Shown: positions 15,464 to 24,993 of the stretch, one piece after another
Numbering within the stretch: position 1 is the stretch's first letter
Layout: the number at the start of each line of letters is the position of its first letter
Assembly (NCBI GenBank): GCA_026418755.1
Contig: JAOAAR010000001.1
Location: forward strand, 1-29,904
Source: Planctomycetota bacterium
GTDB lineage: Bacteria > Planctomycetota > SKW154
Direction of reading: 5' to 3'
DNA length: 29,904 nucleotides
Position numbers and translations under genes: made by a program
The notes under the pieces: generated by a model
Database searches by the model: none
Told to the model about the DNA's origin: nothing
Seen by the model: only the letters and a program-made list of their open reading frames with translations

Positions 15464-17271
15464 TGGCTGGCAGCGCAAGTTCAGATTTTCGCGAGGAGGA
15501 AATATTAGGACGCGCCTACGACTGGCGCCTTATAAAGCGATTTCTAGCCTATTTGAAGCCTTACAAAAGTTATCTGGTACTGATTGTTCTCGTGCTCCTT
15601 TTGCTCACATTCGTGGGACTTGTAACTCCACTGATAATGAAGAAAGCACTGGATGGACCCATAAAGAACGCTCTTAATGCGATCGACAAGACCCCCTTTC
15701 TAAGAGAACTCTTCTATCTGGGGATACTCTACCTTGCTGCACTCTGCGCGCGGTTTGGCTTGAGTTATGCCCAGGTCTACCTCGTGCGCTTAGTGGGACA
15801 GGGAGCAATCCACGATTTGAGGTGTAGCCTCTTTTCCCATTTGCAGAAACTGTCGCTCTCGTTCTTCAGCAAAAACCCAGTAGGACGCCTGGTGACCAGA
15901 GTAACAAACGATATTGAAGCGTTAAACGAGTTATTTGCGTCAGGTATAGTTGCTCTGCTCAACGACGCCTTTATTCTGTTCGGTATCATCATCATACTGG
16001 CAACCGTGAGTTGGAGAATGACTTTGGTTGCGATGGTTATCGTTCCGCCTCTTATACTTATAACTCTTCTCTTCCGCCGTAAAGCTCGCTATTATTTCGG
16101 CGAAATCCGTAGAAGACTGGCTCGACTCAATGCATTCATAAACGAATCGTTTCTGGGCATCCGAGTGATTCAGATGTTCAACAAGCAGAACGAACGAAGC
16201 AACCAACACTCAGACTTAAACAAAGAACTCCTTAAAGAGTACAAAAGTTCAAACCTTTGTACCGCTATATTCTATCCCGCCATTGAGGTACTGGGGTCCG
16301 CAGGAACCTGCGCACTGATTTATTACGCCTCCTTCGCAATCCATTCAGGTGTAGTTACCCTCGGAGAGTTCTTTCTCTTCTGGAGCCTTCTCGGAAGGTT
16401 CTTCGGTCCCATTATGGACTTGGTTGACAAATACAGCGTGCTGCAAAGCGCAATGGCATCAGCAGAGCGCATCTTCAGAATAATGGACACCCAACCTGAT
16501 GTGCAGATGCCCCCAGATGGACATACTCCAAGCGAAGTAAAAGGAGAGATCAGGCTGGAGAATGTGAGTTTCTCCTACAACAACCATGATGTCGTGCTGA
16601 AAGATATAAACCTTGTTGTGAAGCCTGGAGAGCGGGTTGCACTTGTAGGACCGACAGGAGCAGGAAAAACGAGCATAATAAACCTGGTTGCGAGATTCTA
16701 CGACCCGCAAAAAGGGAGAGTGCTGATTGATGGCGTAGATGTACGGCATTGGAACGGACGGGCTCTTCGCTCATCTCTTGCCATCGTGCCTCAGGATGTG
16801 TTCATTTTCTATGGCACCGTCAAAGAGAATATCAGCCTCTGGGATGAAAACATCTCTGAAGAGAGATTGAAGGAAGCAGCAAGAGCGGCTAAAGCGGATG
16901 ATTTCATCAGAAATCTTGAGAACGGCTACGATACGGTGATGGCGGAGCGAGGTGCGACTTTGAGTGCAGGGCAAAGGCAGTTATTGTCGTTCGCACGGGC
17001 AATTGCGCGGAAGCCACCCATCATCGTCCTGGATGAAGCCACCTCCTCCATAGATTCAGAGACCGAGCACTCCATCCAAGAGGCGATGGAAAACACCCTA
17101 AAGGGGCGGACAGCACTCATAATTGCCCATCGCCTTTCAACCATCGAGAAATGCGACAGAATTTTGGTGGTTGATGAAGGCAGAATCGTAGAAGAAGGAA
17201 CGCATTCAGAACTCTTGAAAAGACAAGGGCTATACTCCTGCCTTTACAGAATGCAGGGAGGAAGGTTTTGA
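15460..17271 (+). CDS. Type IV ABC exporter half-transporter, consensus subunit (heterodimer partner)
   Basis: PVGRLVTRVTNDIE, GPTGAGKT, LSAGQRQL, LDEATSSID, IAHRLST. ATGA overlap with the previous gene. Confidence 0.92.
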   Translation: MMAGSASSDFREEEILGRAYDWRLIKRFLAYLKPYKSYLVLIVLVLLLLTFVGLVTPLIMKKALDGPIKNALNAIDKTPFLRELFYLGILYLAALCARFGLSYAQVYLVRLVGQGAIHDLRCSLFSHLQKLSLSFFSKNPVGRLVTRVTNDIEALNELFASGIVALLNDAFILFGIIIILATVSWRMTLVAMVIVPPLILITLLFRRKARYYFGEIRRRLARLNAFINESFLGIRVIQMFNKQNERSNQHSDLNKELLKEYKSSNLCTAIFYPAIEVLGSAGTCALIYYASFAIHSGVVTLGEFFLFWSLLGRFFGPIMDLVDKYSVLQSAMASAERIFRIMDTQPDVQMPPDGHTPSEVKGEIRLENVSFSYNNHDVVLKDINLVVKPGERVALVGPTGAGKTSIINLVARFYDPQKGRVLIDGVDVRHWNGRALRSSLAIVPQDVFIFYGTVKENISLWDENISEERLKEAARAAKADDFIRNLENGYDTVMAERGATLSAGQRQLLSFARAIARKPPIIVLDEATSSIDSETEHSIQEAMENTLKGRTALIIAHRLSTIEKCDRILVVDEGRIVEEGTHSELLKRQGLYSCLYRMQGGRF

Positions 17272-18500
17272 GAAAGGTGATTTCAGTCAGTCTTATCATC
17301 GTTACATCAATCCTGTCCGCCCAAGAGACAGGTAGAAGAACAATTTTTCTAAAAAGTGGTGAAAGGCTGGACGGAGAGGTCGTTAAACGCAGCGAGGAGC
17401 ACCTGGTTCTCAAAGTGGAAGAAGAAGAGAAGAGAGTTCCCCTCAAAAGCGTAAAAGGGGAGATGTCGCGTAAAACAGCAGATTCTATGACGGAGATGCT
17501 GAAACTTCTGGGTAGCGACTATGAATGGTGGGTAACAGACTCCCCCTCCATGGTAGCGGTTTTCCCTAAGAGTTCAGATTGGCAGCAAAGAATCAACTCT
17601 TTAAGAGGGTTTTTCTCTTATCTTGCAAAACTGTTTTCTGTCGAGTTTGAGTATGAACCTCTCATTGTGATTGCATCCCCCAACGACGCTAAGGGAAAAC
17701 TGGATCTTACCCATTACGGTTATTATGACGATTCGACGATGCGCCTTTTTATCCGTTCCGATTCGGGTGACACCGTGCTAAAGCACGAGGCGGTTCACCT
17801 ATTCCACCTTGAGCATTCAAAGAAGAACGGACTGCCACAAGCCCTCTGGGTAATCGAAGGACTTGCCGCATTGTTTGAAAACGCTACCCTCGAATGCGGC
17901 AGAGTAAAACCCCCTCCAGCCAACAGGTCGGAAGAGACAAGAAAACTATTCTCTTTCGACGCCTTACCGAAACTCACAGATTTCATTGAACAGGACTTCT
18001 CCGCATTTTATCAAAATCCCGCAGAGAATTACTCCCTCGCCTCCTGCCTCCTCAATTTCGTCTATAAAAAGAACCTTCTTGAGAAGTTCTTGAAAGAATA
18101 CTCCAAAACCTGCAAAGACGACAGAGGCGGAACAAAGGCACTTGAAAAAGTGTTTGAAAAGAAAATGGAGGAGATTGAAACAGAGTTCCACCTCTTCATC
18201 AAATCCCTTCCGCGTCCTTCCGACCTGCCCCCTGTAGACTCGCCCTTCATCGGAGTCGAAACCCAAGAGATAGATAAGAGACTCAGAATAGCAAAGGTGA
18301 TTCGCAACAGCCCGGCAGAGAGAAGCGGATTCAAAGTAGGTGACATCCTCATCTCGTTGAATGGAGTCTATGTGAAATCCTTTGATAACTTAAGAAGAAT
18401 CCTTTCCTCCTGTAAGAGCGGCGATAGACTTAAATTCATCTTATTAAGAGATGACTCCATCTTTGAAGGAGAGGTGACAACAAATGGAGTCAGAGATTAA
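17268..18500 (+). CDS. Secreted gluzincin-like metallopeptidase (DUF1570/Peptidase_MA-like) with a C-terminal PDZ domain
   Basis: Signal peptide ending LSA-QE, HEAVH plus WVIEGLAALFE, PDZ (FIGVE...VIRNSPAERSGFKVGDILISLNG). TTGA overlap with the previous stop. Confidence 0.8.
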   Translation: MRKVISVSLIIVTSILSAQETGRRTIFLKSGERLDGEVVKRSEEHLVLKVEEEEKRVPLKSVKGEMSRKTADSMTEMLKLLGSDYEWWVTDSPSMVAVFPKSSDWQQRINSLRGFFSYLAKLFSVEFEYEPLIVIASPNDAKGKLDLTHYGYYDDSTMRLFIRSDSGDTVLKHEAVHLFHLEHSKKNGLPQALWVIEGLAALFENATLECGRVKPPPANRSEETRKLFSFDALPKLTDFIEQDFSAFYQNPAENYSLASCLLNFVYKKNLLEKFLKEYSKTCKDDRGGTKALEKVFEKKMEEIETEFHLFIKSLPRPSDLPPVDSPFIGVETQEIDKRLRIAKVIRNSPAERSGFKVGDILISLNGVYVKSFDNLRRILSSCKSGDRLKFILLRDDSIFEGEVTTNGVRD

Positions 18501-19572
18501 CAGATTCATTCCTGGTCCTGTGGCGGTGGATAAGACAGTATTGGATGCAATGGGGCGACAACCTCTTTATCATCGCTCCTCAGAGATGCATTCTATCCTG
18601 GAAGAGGTAAACGAAAACCTACGGTGGCTCTTCAGGACAAGCGGAAAGGTGTTCATAGCAACAGCATCGGCAAGCGCCGTTATGGAGGCTTCTTTGAGAA
18701 ACTTAGTCACTACGCATGCACTGTGTGTGGTGAACGGTTCATTCGGGCAATTGTGGCAAAAGATGGCTCGCTCAAACGGAATCCGTGCTACCGCCCTCCA
18801 CTTCGAGAACGGCAGAGCCGCAGAACCAGAAAGAATTGCAGAAGAATTGAAGAGAAACTATTACGATGTGGTTACCGTGGTGCATACAGAGTCCTCAACG
18901 GGAGTCCAGAATCCTCTTGAGGCGATTGCCGCAGTTGTGAAACTTCATTCCAACACCCTCCTTGTGGTAGATGCCGTCTCGTCACTTTTGACTACACCAC
19001 TTGATGTTGACGGACTGGGGATAGATGTCTGCATAACAGCGTCCCAGAAAGGGCTTGCCTTGCCCCCTGGACTCGCAATCTTCTCTGTCAGTGAACAGGC
19101 ATTACGCCGAGCATCAAAGGTCGAAAACCGCGGCTACTACCTCGATTTCCTGAGGTTCCGCGATTACGAGAAACTCTCAGAGACACCCAATACACCAGCA
19201 GTGAACCTGATTTACGCCCTCGCAGTACGCCTGAAGAGCCTACGCAAGAGCGGAATCGGCGCAGAAATCAGAAAATGCGAGGAAATGGCGGAAATCTGCC
19301 GCGAGTGGGCAAAACAACGATTTGCTCTATTTCCCGACGAGCGCTACGCAGCCTCCGCACTTACGGTGGTCAAAAACACAAAATCAGTCTCTATCCCAGA
19401 ATTGAATCAATTTCTCCGTCAACGCGGCTTCGAAATCGCCGACGGATACAGAGAACTGAAAGGACAAACTTTTAGAATATCCCATATGGGAGCAGTCTCA
19501 AAAGAATCTCTTTCCTCACTTCTTGACTCAATAGACTCGTTTCTTAAAGAGAAGAATTCGTACGCTTCTTGA
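18484..19572 (+). CDS. Class V aminotransferase (serine-pyruvate/alanine-glyoxylate type)
   Basis: FIPGPV, HRSSEM, VHTESSTGV, VDAVSS, ASQKGLALPPG, FRISHMG. Confidence 0.9.
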   Translation: MESEINRFIPGPVAVDKTVLDAMGRQPLYHRSSEMHSILEEVNENLRWLFRTSGKVFIATASASAVMEASLRNLVTTHALCVVNGSFGQLWQKMARSNGIRATALHFENGRAAEPERIAEELKRNYYDVVTVVHTESSTGVQNPLEAIAAVVKLHSNTLLVVDAVSSLLTTPLDVDGLGIDVCITASQKGLALPPGLAIFSVSEQALRRASKVENRGYYLDFLRFRDYEKLSETPNTPAVNLIYALAVRLKSLRKSGIGAEIRKCEEMAEICREWAKQRFALFPDERYAASALTVVKNTKSVSIPELNQFLRQRGFEIADGYRELKGQTFRISHMGAVSKESLSSLLDSIDSFLKEKNSYAS

Positions 19573-20560
19573 AGTCTAAATAAGACTGAAGCGTACGACG
19601 GATTGATTCTGCAATAGAAAACGAAGGTTTAAAGTTCAACTCCCTCTTTGCGCGGTCACAACGAATTGTCCAAAAACGCTGGGCAAAATGCGGTAGTTTG
19701 TAAAGGTTAAGCGATGGCACGAACCCAAAAACCGAACCGAACAGATGGGCAAGAGCAGCGAAAAACTTGACTTCTGCCGCTGTAACCGTAAGCCTCCGCA
19801 CCAACCTCTTCTTCCCATCCGCCATTCCGTCAAACGCATCCTCAATTAAATCAAAAAAACCATCAAGCGAAACTGGCTCATCATAGCAGAAGAAATATGT
19901 CCTCCCTTTCGCAATCTCCGCAGTAGCAGCGCTGATTACTCCTTCTACCAAATCCTCCACATAAACAAGACTAATCGCTTTAAGAAAACCCGCGATTCGG
20001 AAGCGCCACCCTTTCGCAACCGCACGGAAAAGTTCCCCTGTCGCAGGGTCTTTCTCCCCGAAAACGACAGGAGGTCTTATGATAGTGAAGGGACACGCCT
20101 CTTTAGCCGCCAAGAAAATTTCAGCAAGCATCTTACTTCTTCCATAATGGCAAACAGGTTTACAAGGTGCGCTTTCGTCAATCCCCTCGACCGTCGGAGA
20201 AGGTCCTGCCGCCGCCTGACTGCTGAAAAAAACGAACCTCTTTATGTTTCCATGTTTTGACGCCATTCCATATAGAAGTCTGGTCCCCTCAAAATTGATG
20301 CGATAAAAATCGTCTTTGTTGAGCGATTTTATCACTCCCGCCAGGTGAAAAACAATGTCCACCTCCGCAAGAGCCTTCTCCAATTCCTCACTCGGTTCGG
20401 AAGAGACATCCCACTCAACAAAATCAATCTGAGAAGCAGGAAGATGCTCTAAAGAACTTCTGCGTCTTTTTGTAGCAACCACTCTCCATCCATCTGCAAT
20501 CAAACGCCTAACCAAATGCGAACCAACGAACCCTGTTGCACCTGTAACAAGCGCCTTCAT
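19544..20560 (-). CDS. NAD-dependent epimerase/dehydratase (extended SDR)
   Basis: MKALVTGATGFVG, VFHLAG, SSQAA, YGRSK (YxxxK), IRPPVVFG. ATG 20560 overlaps the pncB stop (ATGA). Confidence 0.9.
   Translation of the reverse strand: MKALVTGATGFVGSHLVRRLIADGWRVVATKRRRSSLEHLPASQIDFVEWDVSSEPSEELEKALAEVDIVFHLAGVIKSLNKDDFYRINFEGTRLLYGMASKHGNIKRFVFFSSQAAAGPSPTVEGIDESAPCKPVCHYGRSKMLAEIFLAAKEACPFTIIRPPVVFGEKDPATGELFRAVAKGWRFRIAGFLKAISLVYVEDLVEGVISAATAEIAKGRTYFFCYDEPVSLDGFFDLIEDAFDGMADGKKRLVRRLTVTAAEVKFFAALAHLFGSVFGFVPSLNLYKLPHFAQRFWTIRCDRAKRELNFKPSFSIAESIRRTLQSYLDFKKRTNSSL
19558..19598. terminator. Long hairpin at the overlap of two convergent genes (possible bidirectional terminator or processing stem)
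   Basis: tcgtacgcttc (19558-19568) pairs perfectly with gaagcgtacga (19588-19598). Inner stem agtct/agact. No clear U-tract. Confidence 0.4.
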
Positions 20561-21825
20561 TTCACACGCCTTAATGCAGGATTCTTCCACGGTGCCCTTC
20601 CCACCTTGGCAACAGGATAGAACCTCTTACCAATCTTCACTCTCACTACATCTGCCGTGAAATCCACTAGATTTCTGCTCAAAAAAGCAGAACCTATACC
20701 ATAGAAATCTACCTTCCCATCCTCGACTGAAAACCGCTTAAGTTTCTCCTCATTGAATCCGCCCGATGCGACCACCTTCACTCCCCGAAAATACTTCACA
20801 GCATCTCTCTTTTTTTCTCCTGTGTAACCAAGTCTTACAGCAAGAGAATCTAACGCCTCTCTCATCTTCCTCGTAAGCGCAGGAACGACCCCACACTCTC
20901 CACCGGGTTGTAACGAAACATCCATCACATCCTCCGCCGTATCCGCCCTCACCCCATACAATCTGTACAACTCAGCCTCTTTATCCCTACCCCTCTTTTT
21001 AAGAGACCAGAATGTTTCAAAAAACGCCTCAGCCACTCTTTCGCTGTCGCCAACGCAGTCGTTATTACTATCAACGAGCGCAACCCTTAATACATCAGGA
21101 GGAAGGATTCGCGCAAACTGAAGCATCGCCTCAACAGTGTCTCTTAAAAAAACCATCATCAAAGCGTGTGCAGTAGTCCCGCTCGCCACCCCACCCCACA
21201 AATGCGCCTGCGCAGGAGTGGCAACGACAGGTGGAACTTTCGCTCTGAAAATTCTGTTGTAGGTGTTGACGCCGATGCAATACGCCTCTCCGTCAAGCGC
21301 CTGTGTCTGAGGCAAATCAAATCTTCCCCCAAAAAAGAAAACAGGCCTCCCGTTTGATGCTTTAAGAAATCTGTAGGCGTTTGTCGCCACTCTAGTCTGT
21401 CTTGCAAGAATGCCTAAAAGCACCGTCTCAAGGTATCCGAAATAGCGATAAACACCACGAATCTTCATCACCGGTTTCCTGTTATAAGAGAGTTCCCCGT
21501 CCTTTAACGCATAGATTTCGAGTGTATCGTAGCACTTGACAAACTCTTTGCCTTTGAAATAGCCCGCACATTCCTTAAGAATATCAAGACAATGGCTGAT
21601 TCCGCAGACCACCGCCTCATCTCTTTTGTGAAAAAACTGCATCTCTACCTCTACATCCCCTGTTTTCAAGTCCGATGTATCCAGACCCTGCAACTCTCTA
21701 ACAGGGCTTATCCCTGCAAACCGATAGTTCTCCGCACTCAACCTTTCCAACAAGAGACGGATGTTCGTAAAGTACACATCCGTGTAAAACCCTCCTCTTA
21801 TTCCATCAATGTCGAACGGTTCCAC
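20557..21825 (-). CDS. pncB: Nicotinate phosphoribosyltransferase family protein
   Basis: FYTDVYF, LETVLLGIL...TRVATN, GTTAHAL (phospho-His motif), LVDSNND, GVRADT, VVASGGF, GIGS, FTADVV. AAGGAG RBS before GTG. Confidence 0.85.
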   Translation of the reverse strand: MEPFDIDGIRGGFYTDVYFTNIRLLLERLSAENYRFAGISPVRELQGLDTSDLKTGDVEVEMQFFHKRDEAVVCGISHCLDILKECAGYFKGKEFVKCYDTLEIYALKDGELSYNRKPVMKIRGVYRYFGYLETVLLGILARQTRVATNAYRFLKASNGRPVFFFGGRFDLPQTQALDGEAYCIGVNTYNRIFRAKVPPVVATPAQAHLWGGVASGTTAHALMMVFLRDTVEAMLQFARILPPDVLRVALVDSNNDCVGDSERVAEAFFETFWSLKKRGRDKEAELYRLYGVRADTAEDVMDVSLQPGGECGVVPALTRKMREALDSLAVRLGYTGEKKRDAVKYFRGVKVVASGGFNEEKLKRFSVEDGKVDFYGIGSAFLSRNLVDFTADVVRVKIGKRFYPVAKVGRAPWKNPALRRVK

Positions 21826-21851
21826 ACAATCTCTCCTTTGCGGACGGAAAG

Positions 21852-21880
21852 ATTATACCGTTTATCTCCTGCAAGAGCAA
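21852..21880 (-). promoter_or_regulatory. sigma70 promoter for pncB-epimerase
   Basis: On the - strand: TTGCTC (21880-21875), 17 bp, TATAAT (21857-21852). Confidence 0.65.
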
Positions 21881-21901
21881 ACAGACAATCCTTGTAGGGC
21901 T

Positions 21902-21934
21902 CCTCGATAGATGTAGTAACAGTATCTACCGAGG
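21902..21934 (-). terminator. Hairpin immediately after the coaD stop
   Basis: The - strand RNA CCUCGGUAGAU-11 nt-AUCUAUCGAGG forms an 11-bp stem with one G-U pair. On the + strand that position is an A-C mismatch, so it works better on the coding strand. No U-tract. Confidence 0.5.
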
Positions 21935-22426
21935 TCATTTTGTTTGTTTCAGTTTCTGTTTGAGGCAGCGGAGCACGATTTGAGGAATGAACTGGCTCAA
22001 ATCGCCGCCGAGAGAGACAGCCTGTTTAACCATAGAACTTGAAAGAAAAGAAAACTCCTCAGAAGGCATAATAAAGATGGTTTCAATATCAGGAGCAAGA
22101 GAGCGGTTTGTGAGAGCCATCTGAAATTCGTATTCGTAGTCACTGAAAGTGCGGATTCCACGAACAATGCAGACAGCGTTGTGCCGACGGCACAGTTCGA
22201 CAGTCAGTCCGTTGAAAGCGACCACCTCGACATTAGGTATGTTCTGAGTCAATTCTTTTATCATCTTGATTCTTTCCGCTACAGTGAAAAGAGGCTTCTT
22301 ATCAGGGTTTTCTGCGATAGCGACGATGAGTTTGTCGAACAATTTTGAGGCGCGCTTCATCACATCAAGGTGGCCGTTCGTTGGGGGGTCGAATGTACCA
22401 GGATAAACCGCAACCCTTTCGCCCAT
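21935..22426 (-). CDS. coaD: Phosphopantetheine adenylyltransferase
   Basis: AVYPGTFDPPTNGHLDV, VRGIRTFSDYEYE, FLSSSMVKQ. Confidence 0.97.
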   Translation of the reverse strand: MGERVAVYPGTFDPPTNGHLDVMKRASKLFDKLIVAIAENPDKKPLFTVAERIKMIKELTQNIPNVEVVAFNGLTVELCRRHNAVCIVRGIRTFSDYEYEFQMALTNRSLAPDIETIFIMPSEEFSFLSSSMVKQAVSLGGDLSQFIPQIVLRCLKQKLKQTK

Positions 22427-22441
22427 CTTTCTCCCCTCAAT

Positions 22442-24514
22442 TCATTCTTCTCTTGAGCGCATAGTAAGCGGCTCGATTCTGCGCTCCCCATAGAACTCAA
22501 ACGGCGACAGATAAAAAGTGAACCGCCGCTCATCGTTCACATTATCGTACTCGCAGCCGAACTCGATTATCCAGCAATGGAGTCTGTGTGTCAAAGAGAA
22601 AGAGATTTTAGAGTACTCTTTTTTGATAATGTCGTATTGATAGAGAAGAGAAGGCGCCCATCTCTTTTCATAAGACGCACCCAAACGGAAAGTGAGAAGA
22701 TGACGCATACCGCGCAGGTAGTAATCCTCTACCGAGAAATCCCATTTCTTGTGGTTAACGGCAACCCGCAACCGGCGCGTCAAAAGCGAAAGAGAGTCAC
22801 CAGAAAAATTAAAACTGGCGAGAAGAGCGAGAAAAGTAAAAGGCAAAGCGTTCACATCGAGGTATAATCTGTCCCTCCCGTTTCTTGCGTCAATACGGTA
22901 AGCAGAGCGGAAATCCAGACAGCGTCTGCTCTCAACTTGCAGAAGATTTACGATGGCAAGTTCTACATACTGCTCTTTTTCCACCTGTTCCAGTTCGTCA
23001 TAGTACGGCACCTCGTCAGGTTCGAGCGTGAGAGCAAAGCGGTGAAAGTATGAGAGTGACGGCAGAATCGAGTGGAGTGTTCTGTTGTTGTAGCAGCGCC
23101 ATAGAAGCGTAGAGAAAATGAATCCTGCCGACGATTCTGCCCTCGAAACCTCTTCATCGCTGTAGAAAGCGCGAGAGTACGAAGTGAACGAGGACGCAAG
23201 ATATGGGTTTAAGCGGATGAAAGAGATGTCCGTCGGCGCGCTTACTTTTGTAGAGAGAAAAACTCTGCGGCATTCGTTGTCAGCAAATCCTACGGTTTCT
23301 GCGTAGTTACGGCGAATGTATTCAACACGTGCTGTCGCATCCAGAAGAAAATTTCCAAAAAGCGATAAACCGATAACCTCGGTGTTGAAAGATGGAACGT
23401 ACTCTGTCTGCGTTCTAAAAGGCTCCGCCCTCGCCAAAATGAGTGCCTCTGAGAAAATAGAACCGCTCCACCAGTAGCGGAGGAATCCGTAACTCTCCTG
23501 AGGCTCATCCTCCCTGTAGATTCGCTCAAAGTAGTCTCTGAGCACCAATGAATCCGATGCCCGCCTCCAGCGGAAGCAAAAAAGCAGACTCCTTTGAGGA
23601 GAAGCCCAATCACAGTCTAACGCCGTGCGCCAGCGGCTTCGCTCTTCAAAAGCAAATCTTTCTCCCTCATCGTGAATATAAAATCCTGAAAGACGGACAG
23701 AGGGAATATTCTTTTCTCTGTAGCGAACTTCAAGCCCTGTCCCGTCTCCGCGCAAGGAATAGTGCTCATAGCGGATATCCGAAGTGATAGTCCTGCTCTG
23801 CCAGATGCGGATAGCGGTGGAGAAAATCGAACCGAAATCAGAACGGCTGCCAAAATAAAGTCTTCTCAATGGCATCCACCATTCCTCTTCTATATAAAAC
23901 GAGGGCAGAGGAAAAGAGATAAAACTTGCAAAGAAATGGTTGCCACTCGCCTTGAATGTACCGTCCCGTTCAAGTTCCACTCTTGCCGAACGGAACCCCC
24001 AATGAGGCTCGTCAAACGAGCAGGTCGAAATTATACAGTTTTCTGCTACAAATCTTTTCAGATTGTTCTCCGCATAGATCCGCTCGGCTTTCAGAAAAAT
24101 CTCTTCCACTCTTTCAGGCAAGTCTCGGCTCAGAACCCTCCTCTCTTCTTTCATCTCCTTCACTCTTAAGCGAAGTCTTGCGGAAATGAAAATCCCTCCT
24201 TGTTGCGAAAAATCATAGAATGCGGAGTCGGCTTCGAGCGTGACGGTTCCATCCGTAAGAAATACAGAGCCTTCAGCGCGGATACTCATCATGTCGTTTG
24301 AACTGTCAAGAGAAATAAGAGCAGAATCGCAAAGGAACCTGAGTTTGGCACGTTCAACTTCAACAGAACCGTAAAGAATTATACGCCTCTCCTTCAGTTC
24401 TATCCGTTTTCTCAAAGCACGCACTCTGAAAGGAACCTCTTCCTCCCCAACAAGCGGCATAACAGCAAATAGCAGCCAGAGACCAACGAATATTTTGAAA
24501 GAGAACTCTCGCAA
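22442..24514 (-). CDS. lptD: LptD/OstA-like outer-membrane LPS assembly protein
   Basis: Signal peptide, N-terminal beta-jellyroll (LYGSVEV, AEGSVFL), ISTCSFDEPHW motif, long aromatic-rich beta-strand C-terminus with LHCW near the end. Confidence 0.75.
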   Translation of the reverse strand: MREFSFKIFVGLWLLFAVMPLVGEEEVPFRVRALRKRIELKERRIILYGSVEVERAKLRFLCDSALISLDSSNDMMSIRAEGSVFLTDGTVTLEADSAFYDFSQQGGIFISARLRLRVKEMKEERRVLSRDLPERVEEIFLKAERIYAENNLKRFVAENCIISTCSFDEPHWGFRSARVELERDGTFKASGNHFFASFISFPLPSFYIEEEWWMPLRRLYFGSRSDFGSIFSTAIRIWQSRTITSDIRYEHYSLRGDGTGLEVRYREKNIPSVRLSGFYIHDEGERFAFEERSRWRTALDCDWASPQRSLLFCFRWRRASDSLVLRDYFERIYREDEPQESYGFLRYWWSGSIFSEALILARAEPFRTQTEYVPSFNTEVIGLSLFGNFLLDATARVEYIRRNYAETVGFADNECRRVFLSTKVSAPTDISFIRLNPYLASSFTSYSRAFYSDEEVSRAESSAGFIFSTLLWRCYNNRTLHSILPSLSYFHRFALTLEPDEVPYYDELEQVEKEQYVELAIVNLLQVESRRCLDFRSAYRIDARNGRDRLYLDVNALPFTFLALLASFNFSGDSLSLLTRRLRVAVNHKKWDFSVEDYYLRGMRHLLTFRLGASYEKRWAPSLLYQYDIIKKEYSKISFSLTHRLHCWIIEFGCEYDNVNDERRFTFYLSPFEFYGERRIEPLTMRSREE

Positions 24515-24525
24515 ATGTGAGCGCC

Positions 24526-24741
24526 TTACCGCTTCCCTTGATTTTTACTCTCTTCATATCTGCGCAACTGCGACCACACAGGACCCCTAATCTTAGGCAT
24601 CCCGTTCGGATGCCAAGAAATACGCCAGAGGATTCCACAGCGCGGACAACCATATTGCTCAACCCCCTTCGGTATCACAATCCGCTCAAAACAATGCAGA
24701 CATCTCACCTGCCTCTTCCTCTCGTCAGCACTCTCCACCAT
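24526..24741 (-). CDS. Small zinc-ribbon protein (CxxC...CPxC)
   Basis: 71 aa containing VRCLHCFERIVIPKGVEQYGCPRCGILWRISW. It fills the space just upstream of lptD on the same strand. Confidence 0.7.
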   Translation of the reverse strand: MVESADERKRQVRCLHCFERIVIPKGVEQYGCPRCGILWRISWHPNGMPKIRGPVWSQLRRYEESKNQGKR

Positions 24742-24993
24742 ACCCTATCTCCAACATCCACTTCACGAAGAAACCTCTCTTGAAAATACCGCCCTCAAAC
24801 TATGGTCACTCGAACAGATCTTAAGCACTCCTTTTCTCCTCTCTAAGCACAGTTCAATCATCTCAATAAGCCCGATTCCACAGACTCATATTGTGAAAAG
24901 CAACTCCTCTCCTATTCCCTCCTAACTTCCAACGGCAAAATGTCCGCCTTTTCCTGAACAAATCACCCCATAAGTTGCTCCGTCCGCCATGCC

